This document shows, piece after piece, positions 19,122-34,200 of a DNA stretch of 64,000 bases. Source of the DNA: Strigamia acuminata (taxonomy: Eukaryota); assembly GCA_949358305.1 (NCBI GenBank), contig OX442314.1, positions 15,066,001 to 15,130,000 on the forward strand, in the 5' to 3' direction. Positions within the stretch are counted from its first letter, which is position 1. Every line of letters starts with the position of its first letter. The notes below the pieces were generated by a model that was not told the DNA's origin, made no database searches, and saw only the letters and a list, made by a program, of their open reading frames with translations. The translations under genes were made by a program, and so were the position numbers.

Positions 19122-21945
19122 CTGTCTGGAGCAAGTTAAAATCCAAACGTCAAAATTGAATTTCAAATTCGTGAGGAAAAAAAACAACAACAGGGAAATT
19201 GCTTACGAATATAATTTTATTTAATTTGAAGTATATGATATGAAGAATTTATTCTGGCAAATTCATGAGAATTTGAATTTTTTTTTTTCAAATGAATTAA
19301 AACGATTTGAATGTTACACGCCTACAACTTTTCGTGCATTGAAAACAATTGTTTTTTTTTGGAGGGGAAGTAATTGCAAATTTATTAGCAAATTTCCGAC
19401 TTTGGGGAACCAAACCGCAAAATACTTGTATGATGTAATTATTTGTTTGGAAACAACGGAAATTTTTTGAGCATGCGCACATTTCCACTAGTATCTACAG
19501 ATTGTTGTTACTTTGTTTTAAAAATGGCGACTAGAGAGGACAACACGCGAAATAAAACGGTAAGTTGTGTATTTTTACGTTTCTGGCCCCACATAGTTTG
19601 GTCCTAGGTTAAAGCGCAACATTAATACGACACCAACTTAAGTTTTGTTCAGCTTAAAAATAAAAAATTTCGTAGCGAGCAATGAAAGTAAAAACCGAAA
19701 CCATGAGGTTAAGTCTTGGGATACGCGTAATAATAGTTAGTGAATACAGCGCGCAGCTGTCGCCAGAATAGAGCGGGTTCTCGTAGTAGTGGCAAATAAA
19801 GATTGGAAAATTTCTTAAAACCCTTAGTATCGGTTTGCAATTGGCCGGTTGATGATGGTATTCCAAATCTGACGTGAAAACTGACTTGTGAGTGAATTAA
19901 AAAATGAACGACTGTTGTTGTCAGTGGTGACATCTGTTGTTGGGAAAAATTGCTCGTGTTCTGTATTACCGTATCATTCTTTTTACCCTATGGTTTTAAT
20001 TATGGTATTATCGAGGTTGAACAAGTACGAACAGTCTGATTTGATTTTATCTGTTTCGATTTTGTTGACAGTTTTCCACATACCCGAATGATAAAAAAGA
20101 AATTGAATCTGATTTGTTAAAGTATAACTCGCAAAATGTCAGCGTTATTTTATTGTAAATACTGAACTGCTTACATTTGAGGTGATCTGAAAGAAAATGA
20201 ACAGATTGAAAAATAAGAATAAAAGGTAAAGAAAGTTGTCACTTTAGAAATGAAAAATTAGTTTTAAGAAGAGTTGTTATATGTACACGCTCGATTGCTC
20301 GTACAACAACTTAGTTACTGTAATTAAAAATATAGGGCATATGTTGTATTTTTAAAAAATATCTGATATGAATTCCATTGTGTATTCAAATTTTAAACGG
20401 AAGTAAGATTGCTATTCTAACATTCAGTGCCGTCTAACCGTCTTTGAAGACCTAGAATCAGATTTATTTATTTGTTTTTCTTTTTAAATGAAAATTCATT
20501 TCACATGAACAGAAAGTATAGAAACTAGAGGGAATTGATGTCAGCTTACATAATGTTTTTTTGGACTTGCACTGTAACATAAACAGCGTATATTTATTCA
20601 TTTTCACCTTGCCTTAGGACGACACTGTTAACAACAAAACAAACACTACAAATAAAAACCAATTGAGTAATTCCCCAAAAAAATAAAACAATAAATCCAA
20701 TCACAGAACTTTGAATTTTTCAACAAAATACATGATAAGGCAGGCAAAATTTCACAATATTCACAAAATTAAATTACAAACCCAAAATCAACGTACGGAA
20801 TGAAAGTTATTCGAAATTATTTTTTTACGAAAGAAAAGAAATATTGAATGACTTGTGTGAACTAAGTAAATTTTAGTTTTAGTCTCTCCTTACTAACATA
20901 AAGGCAGGGAGAGAAACGTAAATAGAAGGTAAATCGGGGGGAAAAAATATGCACAATATTGTCCGCAATAAAGACAGAAGGGGGAAAAAATATTTTGATT
21001 TGATCAGAAAACGAGATTTGAAAACATCTTCAATCACATTGAAGCATTTTTTTTTCTCAAGTTTCATTTGAGATAATAATAATAAATAACACCTCACCCA
21101 ATACACAAAAATCATTCAAATAAAGCGAAAGATGGGTGAAAATTAATTTGCAACAATGTCAAGTACCAAAAAAAAATATGTATAAATACTTTGTATGTAT
21201 TAATTTTTTTTCTTAATTTTTAAATGTAATATGGAATGAGCAAAAAGTTGAGGTAGTAGCTTGGAGCTCTGGAACAAAATTTTAAAAAAGTGAAGCCAAT
21301 AAGTTGAGACTCAAATCGGAATTATAAACGTTGTTCGCAAAAAAAAGGAAATTAAAATGTTTGTGGGGGGAGGGGGGAGGGGAATCACCAGCTACTTGCA
21401 AAAAATTTGTACATATTTCCTATAAATCTCTTTTTATCATTTTAATTTCTGTTTGAAAGGATAAAAAGATGCTCAATTACATTTTTTTTGTAGGTAAAAT
21501 ACTTACACATATTTACATAAAGTAATGATATTTTTTAATTAATGTGGAAAAACATTAAAGAACATCTTTTGTGGCTTTTTGGAAGTTTGAAAAGGAAAAA
21601 AGTTTCAGACGTTGAGCAGATGTTTGAAATTAATTAAAAAAGAAAAAAAAAGAAAAAAAGAAAAGAGAAATGAAAACAAAATCACGTTTGTTATTTAATG
21701 AATACTTTGAGCTGTTTGCAACAACATCTTACAACTAACTTTGAAATTCTCATGCCACATGACGAATTGTACAGCTTTCGCTCGGTTAAAGCAACGCGCT
21801 ACAACAGCACAGCACTACAACGTGAGCAGAGTGAATTTATGACTTGTTGCAAATTGGGAAGCTGAATGAGAAAAATAAAAAGTGGAAAAGAAAAGTTTTA
21901 CATGGAAACAACTTGCGATACCAATTAATCAATCAATTAGTTGAT

Positions 21946-21969
21946 GAATTAATTAATTAATTAATTAAT
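21946..21969. repeat. (AATT)n tract in the presumed trh 3' UTR
   Basis: gaattaattaattaattaattaat. Confidence 0.7.
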
Positions 21970-22222
21970 CAATTAGTCATAATTTGCCATTAACAAATAA
22001 TTTACACAGAACACTTGAGCTTCATCATGACCAGTGTTTTGTTGGTTGGCATGGCCACGGTATAAATTAAAAACACACTCACAAAAAAATGGTTGTTGAA
22101 CATGAGTTAGACAACAGGTAAGTTGAATTTGTCACAGTACGAATTAACAGCTGCAGAGTTAGTTAGTTTGTTTCGTTTCGTCTCGTCTCGTCCCGTCCCG
22201 TCGTAAACAAAGAGAGAAAAAC

Positions 22223-25200
22223 CTAGGAGTTGGTCTGCGAGTACCACGAAGCCGTTCCGTTTTTCAGGCTGTCAGCGTAGGATCCGGGAGGTACGGCTTT
22301 GTTAGCAGTGGGATGATAAATGTGAAAGCTACTCGAATGATGCGCATAAAACTGCTGCTGCTCGGCACTCAGCGACTGCTGAGGATGACCGGGGTACTGC
22401 GACGGGTCCAAACCGGGGTGCATCGTATACACCTGAGGCTTGAGCGGCAGAGGCTGAACCGTGCCCGCTTCACTCGTGCTGTAGTGCCGCAAATGCGCAG
22501 TCGCGTCCGAATACGAGGCACCGTCCCCGAAGCTCGAATGTATTTTCTCTCTGGGAGAGACGGACGAAGGTGGGGTCATGGCGTTGTACGCGTCCGCATA
22601 ACTCGAGACCGTGACCGGTGTCGAGGAGTAACCACCCAACACGGCAGCTGGATACGCGGCGTCGGCCGCCGCTGCCACGTGCGCCGCTGCCATCTTAGCT
22701 GGTAAGACGAATTGCGATTGGTGGTCCGGATAAGGTTCGTTCGCTGGCGGAGTCGGAAGAGTCCCTTGCATGTCAGGAGCATAGTACGTGGGTCGGGTGG
22801 CGTGCACGTTCGAACGAATGACGGACTCCCGATTCGCGTACAGCTGACGAAGTAGCGTGGAGGCGGGTAGAGAGGGCGATTGTTGAGCCCCGATCCACTG
22901 GATGGTGGACCGCTGCTGCTGCGAGTAAGCCCCCGCCTCCATGCCCGGCTCCTTGAGCAAGGGCAGATGTTTGTTCATCGCGTCTTCCAACTCCTTGACG
23001 GACGACGAGCTTGCCGAACCGCTGCCGACACCACCCGTGCCATTTCCACCGGCCGCACTTCCGCTGTTCAAGTCGGAGTAGGAGCTGAAAGAAGACACGG
23101 CACCGGAGCTGGCGCCCGTTTTCCTCCAGATCCTACCCTGTTGATGCGCTGCGCTGCTGTCGTTACTATCCATTCCATCCGAACTTTTCGGGCTGGGACC
23201 TTCAGATAACGACGGGGTGTGTGCTGGACTGAGTAATGCCTTTTTCACGCTATTCTCTCGCGTCAGCACGAGTTCGCGCCCGCTCCCATCTCGACTAGAC
23301 GTGGATTCGGCGGCTGATTCGGCGCCGCCGTCCGCAGTTAAACTGCCGTCCACTTGAGTGTGATACTTCCGCCGTCTCTTCTTATTCAGAGCCGATGGAC
23401 ACGGGGGCGGCGAAGACGCTGCCGATGCGGACGCCGACGCCGACGTGAGGCGTCGTCGGTGTTGCGACGGCTCGTCTTCGCTGCCCTTATCCTCAATTCT
23501 CTCCTTTTCACTAAAGTTCACAGGTTCGTTCACTATCTCCACGCCGTTCTGTTCCATGCTGTCCACGCTCGACTGTTCAATATACGTATCACTATTCTGT
23601 TTTTTTATAAAAAAAAATAAAATTACAATAATTAAAATAAAAATAAAATAAAATAAATCTCTACCTGGACGCCATTTTGTCCCCGGTTGGGTCTTTTTTT
23701 ACCCATGCGTTGACTGATATGCTCATCCGTTCCTTCAGATGACTTGTCATCCCGGATGTGGGGCGAATGACTTCGCTCGGGATCTCGGTGAGACCCATCA
23801 GAACCATCTGGAACGAAAAGACATAAAATTTGCAATACACGAGAGTGAGCGAGGAGCTTAAGCGAGAAACGAGGCACAAAGACAGCTGTTGATAATTGTG
23901 CGTGCAAATGAATCTTCTTTTTCCCCAATCGCAAGCAAAAGCAATTAAGACACATTTGTTTCTCGCGCATTAGCAGCGACATTAAGCAAAGAAAGCACCC
24001 ACTGTCATCCATCGACTAATGCCAACTGCTGCCGCACGTGCTGCTCAAATTCAATCTAGAAATCCAAACTTAAATCACCAACGTACCTTTACCATCAGTG
24101 TCTGTGTCTGGAGAGTCAGTCTTAGAAAAATCGTTACTAGGATCATCGGGTTTGCGACTCTGCAGTTGGCTGGCCATTTGACTCGTGTCCATAACGCAGT
24201 CCTCGTACTCGATTCCACTCAGTACATAATTAACGCAGATGATGCTCTGCTCCTCCGACGTCTTCGAGTTGCATACGACAGTGGCGCAAGTCTGGACCCA
24301 CGTGAAACCGCCATTTTTGTTGATCACACGATAATAACTGCTCATGACTTGTCCTTTATTGATCACTGCATCAACAAAAACCCATCGAAACATTAAATCA
24401 TTGCCAAACGTTTGTAAATATCAAACTTACGATCTAAATGACATTTGCGAACTTTGTTTACATCCTCCCCATGACACAGGATATACATGTTCTTGCCCGT
24501 CAGCTCCTCCGCGGTGTAGTCTAACAACTCAGACACCCTACGAATTAAACACACAAAAAATCAACTCACGCGCAATTTTAAAAAAAGAAAATGTCATCAA
24601 AAAAACTACCTGGGTTCACAATGAGCTATCTTGAAATCAAAGGTGAGCCTCGTGACGAACATGTCACTCTCGAGCCGCACCTCGTTGACGGACGGCGGTG
24701 GCAATGCAATAGCTAAAGCCACCATGCCCATCAGCGTGGACGACTGTTTGCGATTGTGGGAGAACGTGTATTGTGGTCTCATATGACACAGTACAAGCAC
24801 CACCTGACCCCAAAAATAATATAAAAAAATTCATCGATAAATAAACGTGCAAAAAGGTAATATTAACAACAAATATCGTACCCTGAATCCTGAGGATTTA
24901 AAATGACAACCGCGTTTCGTGAGCGTCGATTTCATTCGTATGCAAAACGCCCTGTCCAAGCCCTTGTAGGCCGTATTACCGCCCAGAGTCATCAATGATG
25001 CTAAATTGTATATTATTAACGGTTATAAGAAACTATATATAATGTTAATTAGCGAGCAACTCACTCGAAGAAGACGAGCCCTCATCGGACACGGTGGATC
25101 CGGGAGAGGGATAAGGCTGTCCCTGGGTGAGGGCAATGCCCAATTGTTCGGCCAATTCCGCATGATCTTGTTGATGAATGTAGTCGAACACACTGCTGCC

Positions 25201-28200
25201 CGTCATCTCCACCTGTTAAAAAACACATCACACGTCAACATTTCAGTCAGGGAAACACTTGTTTATTTAAATAAAAACATTCCTCAACCACATTATAAAT
25301 TTCGAAGAGATATCATCTGACAACATTTGCCGGAATGAACAAAAAAAAATACCGTATTAATTGTTTGTTACGAGCAAAATTGAAAAAAATTGAAAAAGAG
25401 TGTAAAGAAAGGTGGGGTAATAAATAATAACCCCGGCCTCGTTGCCAATCACAGGCGAGAAAGTAAGTTTTAACATTTTTTCCACGCAAATGCGTTGTGG
25501 CAACCGTGGGATCGGCGCGGAACTGAGTTGACAAGCTTGTTAATTTTCTTTCTCATTTCATGGATCCAGCCCTCATGCTAATTGCGACCTGTCATCTCCC
25601 CCGCTGATTTCACCTTACTTAATTGCTCCTCGCTCGTTGCCTCCGACACCTGTTGAGAGGCTACTCATTTACTACCCTCGTTAGATGAGTGCAAAAGTCA
25701 ACGAGATGAAAGCAACTCCATCCATTCACGACGTGGAAGACAAGAGAAAAGAAACCAATTTGTCTCCCGACGCGAACTCTACGTCTGCCTCCAGTCATTA
25801 GTCGCGTCTTGCCAAATTCTCCCTCTTTGAACCGTACAAATAAATCATTGGTACGCTCAACAGGCGGTCAATTCCGGACTAAAAACCAAATTACAACCTC
25901 GTAATTTATAAACTAAAGTTAAACACTTATTTTTTTTTAAAAAATGTGACGACATTCGAGAATTTAGTTTCTCTTAAATCAAAAAATAGAAATCAAAAAA
26001 CTCCATTTTGCTCAGTATTCATGAGCAGGAAATAAAAGCGCTAGTTTCCCGCTTTCTTGGCCATCACGGAATGGCAGATAGAGGTAAAAGATGAGGCGCG
26101 CGGTGAGGTAAAAGCCGTGACGAATGAAGCTACCCTTTTATTTATTGGCAAACACCGGGGCCCTCTCATATGTTTCTGGCTTAGTGTCAAGACGGTGATA
26201 ATCTGCTGCCATTCCATGGACATCTTTAGTATTCCGAACACCAACTCGGCCAACACATTTGCCCTTTCTCCCATTGAACGTCATAAAAGTTCACCCACAG
26301 CCAAAGAAATTCCACAATATTCGCTCGCTATACCTGAGACAATCCTAGGTAAATGGAGACTGTTTCGGAAATGTACAGGAACCGGCCGTCAGATGCCAAG
26401 GCAAAGGCGAAACCATCTAGAGACTGAAATAAATTCAATTGATAAACAAATATTAGTCTATACAGTTTGGACAATAATAATTCGCATTAAATCCCAGCGC
26501 GCAAACAGTTATCTTCACTTACACGACCATAGTGGACCGTTGTTTTATTCATCTTATGGTCAAGTAAGTCATTTCATGGATCAAATTTCATGGATCAAAT
26601 TTCAACTTTTTATCGCACGTTGGGAGCAATCAAACCAATTTTTCTCGTTCAAACAATTTCTCCCATCGCATTGGAATGGCAAAAATTTTAAACTTTTCTC
26701 CACCATAAATCAGAGACGTGGGCCGCTTTTACTTCTATCTCGAAGCCAATTCCACAAGGAATCTTATGCCCACGCAGATGGACACTACCACGCCTCAATA
26801 CAAAAATGCCCACCGGCCCGCTCGCGTGATGGCCTAATCTGTAATCTCTCGAACCATCGCATAAAAACAATTCCTTGACTGTCAAACAGCTAGATTTATG
26901 AAACGGTCACTCTTTTCAAAAACAACCATCAATATCAGATTCGTCCAATTTTTAAAATAAAATTCACGTCTCTTATTTTTCCAAAAAAAAAAAAAATAAT
27001 AATAATTTTTTTTGATATACAACCAGTGTCCACTCTGTTCGAATTTCATATTTCCCTCATGAATGAAAGGTGGAAATGCGAGTCAAGGGGGAGAGAGTAA
27101 CCCCATTCATCGATATTCATGAGTGGGAGGACGAGGACGAGTATACAGAGCAAAGGCAAGGGATCGAAGAGGGCGTTTATTCCTAATCTTTCTTCATGTG
27201 TAATTGAGTTAGGTCGTGCTATTACACATACCCCCCGTTGGAAAGAAAATAAAATCAATATTATCTAATGGAATCAATACCCGTGGATATTATTTGTTCA
27301 ATTTCAAATTTCTGAATCAAAATATTCTTAGAATAAAATATATAAAAAAAAATTATAAAACAAATTTTTTCCCTCCTGATATTAAAGGTCCTGCACTTTC
27401 CATTCATTCTGCCTTGCCCCCGCAGGAAAAGGCGGAGTCTTGCAGCGGGCGGGAGTCTCATCAGACCAATTAGCATCTGTTTAGAGACTCTGGACATTGG
27501 GTTGCGTCTCTCCTCTTGCATCCAATCAATCATATATTAAAGCCAAATCAAATTTTCCCCACATAGCAACGAAGGCTCTTGTTTTCATCAAAAAATATAG
27601 AAGGAAAAAAAAATAACCATGTTTTCTCATCCACTCGAAGCATCTGGACAAGCCAATGGTCAGAAAATAAAATAAAAATGTCCAGCCGCTGCTTCAATTG
27701 CCTAACCTTATAATACGATTTAATCCACAATGCCCGACTGTATATAATATGAGGAAAGAGGACAAGGGAAGGGATGTTTTTCTTGCACCAGATGTCGTTT
27801 GTGGCATCGTCCGCCGTCCCTCAATCAGCAATTGGTTTGGCAAACGTGATGAAAGTTGGGCGTTGTGTTTGTGGTGCCCACATCTCGCAACCAAACCCGA
27901 TTTGCTCGCTCTAACTTTGGACCCTGGCATAGAGAGCTGAGGGACGACACGTGACTTGAAGACAAGTTGCCTGACCCCCTCTCCCTTAATCGCATCGGAA
28001 GCGTATGGGTCAGTCCAAATGCTGTCCACACATACACTACAAAGGGGAACTTTTCTCCTGATTGCGTTGCTCCCCTCCCCAGCGTTCTCAAGTATCCCTT
28101 CGTCGCCTCACCTGCAGAATGTGAGTCCCCTGATGCTGTTCAAACACCTCCATGGCCACGGCTGCCGTAGTGCGAGGTCTGCTCGGCCCACCTACAAGAA

Positions 28201-31200
28201 AATCAAAATCATTATTTCAATTTAAAATAGAGTAAAATTCTAAAATAAAAAAAAGCAAAAAAAACCCTCCCATTTCGTCTTGAGACAAATAAAATAAGAT
28301 GCGTCAACACTTTTGTCACCTGCTGAGCAATTGGTATTCACCCCGTCTCAGTGGCGCCACAGCAAACCAAAACAGTAGTTTGCAATCGACAATTCGCAAA
28401 TTTTAAACTCTCCAAAAAATGGCTGTGATTTTTTTATTTTTTTTGGTTTGTCTGATTTATATCAGTATTCAGCATAACTAACTCGGCCCAAGGTTACAAT
28501 TTAAAAATGTTTGTATAAAACGAGGAAAAAAATAAAGACTCGTGCTGAGTCAATCAACTGACGGCCAATCTCATGTAAAAATGTCTGTCATTCATTCTGC
28601 CACTTATCGTGTCAGATCGACAGTTCAAACACACAAAAAAAATAATCAAACAGAAGATTAGTGTTAGCGATTAAAAATATTTATTTAGCGATGTAAAAAA
28701 AAACTCGATAAAAAATACCAAACAAACGCAATTAATTAAATACATCTGGAATTACTAATTAACAAGAAACAAATTCATTGCAGGAGAAATCGATAAGAAC
28801 AACAACCCGTTGATCACACGAAAAGAGAGTTTTAAAGATGACATCTATTGTGGCCTATCCTTCGAATTGGGAAACATCGAGTAAGCAACGGATTGTGAAG
28901 GATGACACTGGTTTTATGATTAAAGAAGCTGGAGAACAAACAAGAAGAAAAGAGTCGAGAAATCCATCCCTGACAGGCCACTGGTCACTGGACGTGCCAA
29001 GCATAATAAAAGGTGGAAGAACAATAAAAGGTTCCACCGACACCATCACCCATCTTGCACTCACTCCACGGCGAGTGGTGAGGGTGACAGGGTAAGTTGA
29101 AACCTTATTTAATTCTAAAAACTCACTGATGGCTCCAAAGAAAATGATTCAATGACAAAAAAGAAAAAAGAAAAAAAAAAACGCCCAAACCCACTTCATG
29201 GAAATGGACACAAAACGCCATCAATCAATGAATAGAACTTTTTTGTGGGTCCACAAAATATCACATTTCATTTTCATTTCATTTCCACATCAATCTCAGC
29301 GTGTGACTTACTTACTCTTACTTTTCAAAATGACTTTTAATTCACTTTTTAAAAAAATATACATTATATAGCGTAATGTTTTCTTTGCTTGAATATACTT
29401 CTAAAGTTTGAGATTATGTAAACAATGATTTTAAAGAAAAGAATAAAAAGCTTTTGGCTGTACAAGTAGAGCAGGTCGGGCAAATCCGCAAATCCCAACT
29501 GATGATTACTCAAGATTGGTTGGTTCCCTCAGGTGTTTGCGAAAGAAAGAAAGAAAGAAAAGGAGGTGAAGGGAGAGCGTAATTTCAAACACGCAGAGAA
29601 TCAATCTAGTAAAATGAGGAAACAATTTGTGTAAAATACCATCGCTGCAAAACATCTCTTAGCACGCACGACTCGAGGGCAAAGACGCACCTAACTCACC
29701 TGGACCCACCTGAATCAATGTTACACTTCTTCCTCAGGTGAAAACAACCCAAAAAAAATTATCAAAAGAATAAACTGCTCAAACTTAAAAGCCAACGCCT
29801 TTTTAAGGAGTGTCCTCTCTCTTCAGATGCGCATTAAAGTGAATTGAGATTTCAACTCCCCCTCGAGCATCCCTAACCATCTTTTTCACACGGAAAAAAC
29901 TTTTTCAACGAGTCAAATTTGCCATTTATACAAAATGCGAGTTTAAGGTAAAGAAATCGATACGAAATCGTGTTGGAAAAAAGGGGCGAGAAGGGACGTG
30001 AACCATTTCCTTTGACTGTCACTTGGACATGATTCACATGATGATGATTCCCGAATCAGTCAAACGGGGAGAGGGACGGACGCCTTGAATCACGATCAAT
30101 AAAAAGAGGGAACTCTTGGTCACACACCTATTGTGCCATGGATTAAGGCACATTGTGTGGGCACGAGAAAAGTCCAATAAACGATAAAAACCGAGACGGT
30201 TTGTTGTCTCTTTTTTTAAAAAAAAAAAAAAAAGATAGAGACAATTTTGACAGTTTTAAGATGCAATCTCTCAAGCCCCTTTCAAAGTGTTTACTGTGAA
30301 ATGCACCATGCAACTGCTACTGCCTTCTCAACCCTTTCATTCCCCGTGGGTGCACACCTGGTCTAACCTTGATAGCTCGGAGGAAGAGCCGTGACATACA
30401 CACCATGACCCTCATCTGCATCTAAACTCTCGTCTACAACTGCAATCAAACTGCGTTCCACTAGGGGGACTTATTACCTATTCATACATGCATTGTGCAA
30501 GGACAAAGAAACCCATCATCCTGAATAAGGGACAATTACAGAGTACAAACAGCGAGAAAACCAAACCATTCCCACGTTGTTCCTGAAGGAAAAATCTTAT
30601 TCAACTATTTTTTTCCCTTCTATCTTTCTCCTTGATAAAAATCTCTTAAATTAACAACAACAAATTCCATTATACGTCTCAGTCTCGACTAAATATTTCA
30701 ACTGCTACAAAAAAAATATATATAAAAACAACTTTTTTTTTAAAAAAAAAAATAAGTGTTTCGAGTAAAGAGTCGGTGTCCTTCACCTATGATTTAAATG
30801 CAATGATGCGACACGTTGCAATTGTGACAAAGAGGGCATGAACAATATCAACTTCAACTGGCATTCCATCATTTTCTCTGCCGACTCGAGCCAAACTTTA
30901 AACGAAGCAAGAAAAACGCAACTCGAGTTTTCACTTCGGACCAACGGTTAAAAGATTACTAGCTAAGCTACCGTCGTTAACCCTATAAGCATTTATTTGG
31001 GTCTAGGGAACGTGTGGCATAAAACACGTATAGCGATGTAATAAGCCACGTTTCTAAGCTTGTTTATAATAAAGCTCAGAGCGAGACTCTCCTGTAATGA
31101 GAGATTAACCCAAATCCCCTCTAGTGGCAAATCGAATAAACAGTTTGCCACTGTGTCTCCTGTTTATTTTCACCCTTAGCTTATGAAGGCGCGTGCACAG

Positions 31201-34200
31201 ACACGTAAATAAGATCAATATAAAAAAAGAGAAAGGGCATGGCCTCTTTTGATTAGACGACTCGTCTTTATTGGCACTTGGAGTGTGCGCAAACAAAGTC
31301 GTGAGAAATGCTGATATACGGCACTCATTAAGACGCAATGGGAAGTCTGCGAAAATTGGCAAAAGGAGCAAAAAAACAACAACAAGCGCGCATTTCAATA
31401 GCGCACATAAATGCAGACGTGGTTTATGTGTTAATAACCCGTGACGACGATCACGCAACGCTCCACAGCCGTAACCGCAATTTGATCAACAGAACTTTTT
31501 GTTAAAATTTAAAAAATAAAATAAAAAGCTCAGACATTTTAAAATCAAGTTTCCCAGATGCTGCTTTAAGATTTCACATTTCTTATTGACTGCAACGACC
31601 ATTAAAGCGAATCTATTTATTTTTAACATATATAAACAAACACTTCTGCAATTGCAATGCAATCGAAATGCCGAAAGAGGCCAAACATTATTTAATCAGA
31701 AGTTTACGTTGTAAAATATGATAGCAAACTGTAAGTTTGATCACAACTCGCAAAAAAATATTAAATCAGACAAGAAAATAAGATCTAGTGCGGAAGTATA
31801 CGGCCTCAATGCGGTCATCAAGCGTGCAATTGGGCAGCCATTGTGGTCGAATGGGCTGCTCATTAGACCAAAAGGATCCATCGCATCAACTTGATTCCAT
31901 CCCCAACCAACTCGCAGCCAAGATAAACTTATAAATTTCTTCGCCTCGCTCGAAAAAGAAAAACTTAACCCCGAAAGAGGTTAAAATTTAATAAACACCC
32001 CGCAAATAAAGCACGGTGTTAATTGGAAAATAGGGAAAGGGAGATTTGTGCAATGTGGCTTTACTTGAATTTGCTCTGTGTGCTAACAGCAGGGAATTTT
32101 CTACCCACAATCCAATCACGGGCGCCCACTCGCGGGCGCGACACGACCGAGGCGAAGGCATCCCTTAATCTGATTTCCATTTCCAAAATGAAATTACGCA
32201 CCACTTATTGAAACCCAAACCTCATCGGTTGGTTCAGTAGGATGAGAAGAGTGCACAACTCATCCCAACACCATTCACTACATCTTTTTTTCCCTTCTTT
32301 CCACCTTCGAGGTGTGAGGGTACACCTTCGCTTAAGGCACGCTATACAAAATTAACATCCCTTTTCTAATTGCAATTATTTTTTCTTCCTTCACTGATAG
32401 AACAAAAAAAAAAAATTTGAACAAAAAATCCCTCGTAATATCCCTTGAGAACTCCCCACACGTGACTTGTTTTTTTTTCTCCTATGAAAATCCCGAATTG
32501 AGTGGAGGAGGAAAAAAAAACAACTGGGTTTGAATTTTAAAAAGGTTCAACACTAGTGACATTTCCCATAAAAATTAAGAGAAAAAAAAAGTATCCACAA
32601 AACTTTTTAGTCAATTAAAAAAAAAAATGAATTTTATTTTAATTTAATTTATTTTACCTTTGACGGACTTATTGGGCGGAGAATCTTCCCGGTTCCAGGG
32701 TGGGTCACCATGACTGGAGAAGTCTCGCAGACGCAGATAACTGATGGTCAGCCGAATGATGGAGGCCTTGTCCAGCTGGCTAGTGATGGCCGCCGGCAAA
32801 GGCAACATCTTGGCCAGCTCATAGAATTCGTAGTTCTCCTTGCCCCGCCGAGATCGGGCCGCATCCCGGGACTTCTCCTTCCGCAGCTCCAGGATACTAA
32901 AAAACAAAAAAGCGTAAAAAAAAAATATATTATAACAAAAATTTAACATTTATAATAATTATAAATTTAATGATCAATTCTGTTGTATTCGTGGTCTCTT
33001 TTTCAAAATGGAAAAGTAACCATAAAAATAAAAATAAAACATTAAACGCGAATCTTTACACTATTATGGCCACATTCAACACACAAGTGTCAATTTGTTT
33101 ACGACCCCCTTACCTTGAATTACCACGAATGCAAAGCAATAATCATACACAGTATAAAACACACCACAACTTTTTTTCTCCTTTTTCAAAATCCTGGTTC
33201 TCTTTTTCAATTACCGTATAGCATTAAAACACCCATAAAACGTGAATTATTATTATTATTATTATTAAATTTCAGAAGAAAAAAAAACTTAAATGCTTTA
33301 TTTCAACATTTCAACATTATTTCAACAAGCCCACGTTAATCATCCTCATTCAACAACATTTAAAAGACCTTTAAATTTAATTTGCAGCACAAATGGCAAT
33401 GTGGTTCTGGGATTTACCGTCCCTTAAGCAGTTTGCTGGCCAATTAGCACTTAATTGCATCAAACGTCACTTTTAATTGAACACATTTCAGGGACGACTT
33501 TGGCTTCATCAACCCCACTGCTGCTCATTTGCATCTCTTTTTCATTCCCGGCAACGTCAATGAGTGTCTTTCCCGCCTTATCAGCAGAGCAGGTAGGTTT
33601 GGCTCTGCTTGGCTGAAAGATCTGCTTCACTGATCCTGCCATCTATTCTACTTTGACACGAGACATTTTTCTTACACAAGTCACTGACACAAGACATTCT
33701 CTAATTATAGATGAGGAAAGATTACCGAGAATCGTCGATAGTACATCCGTGGACTCTTGACCCAGTCCATAAACTAGAAAATGACTGCCAACAAAACTTT
33801 CTTTTCACGTTTGGTTTACCCACAACCGCAAACTTTTCATTACACAAAACGACTCAAAAGTGTTGAAGTAGCCACCCCATGGGAGGCGAGCCAATCTCTC
33901 GGCTGGGGTGCCATTCCTTCGACACCCCGGCACTTTTCATTGTCTTCAATCAGGACCCTGGTCATCGGAGAAGCGTCCGAATGGCCCGAAGCGTGGACGG
34001 CCGCCAGTCTCCAGAGACTTTTTCCTCACCTGGTGAGGTAAAATCCCCCTCTCTCCTGCCCATCTTGCAATGGGCTCCCTCGTGCACTCTCCAGTTGCTA
34101 AGGGTCCGCCAAGTCGTTGATTGATCGAACGAGGACACTCAAAACCACACACGCGCCACTTATGGCAACACTGTGTCGGGATCAAGTTATAAGCTGATGA

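Noticed and set aside
19850..19884. C/D-box-like TGATGA...CTGA
   Set aside because: Boxes only ~35 nt apart with no terminal stem; too short for a snoRNA.
22160..22225. Stop-codon readthrough of trh
   Set aside because: TAG-G context is unfavourable and the downstream frame is simple repeat that closes quickly.
22313..23651. Several plus-strand and alternate-frame ORFs over the last trh exon
   Set aside because: Shadows of a GC-rich coding exon.
26057..26878. 273-aa plus-strand ORF antisense to trh, spanning its PAS-A exon
   Set aside because: Non-ATG start, no recognisable domain, composition not protein-like; treated as a chance antisense frame.
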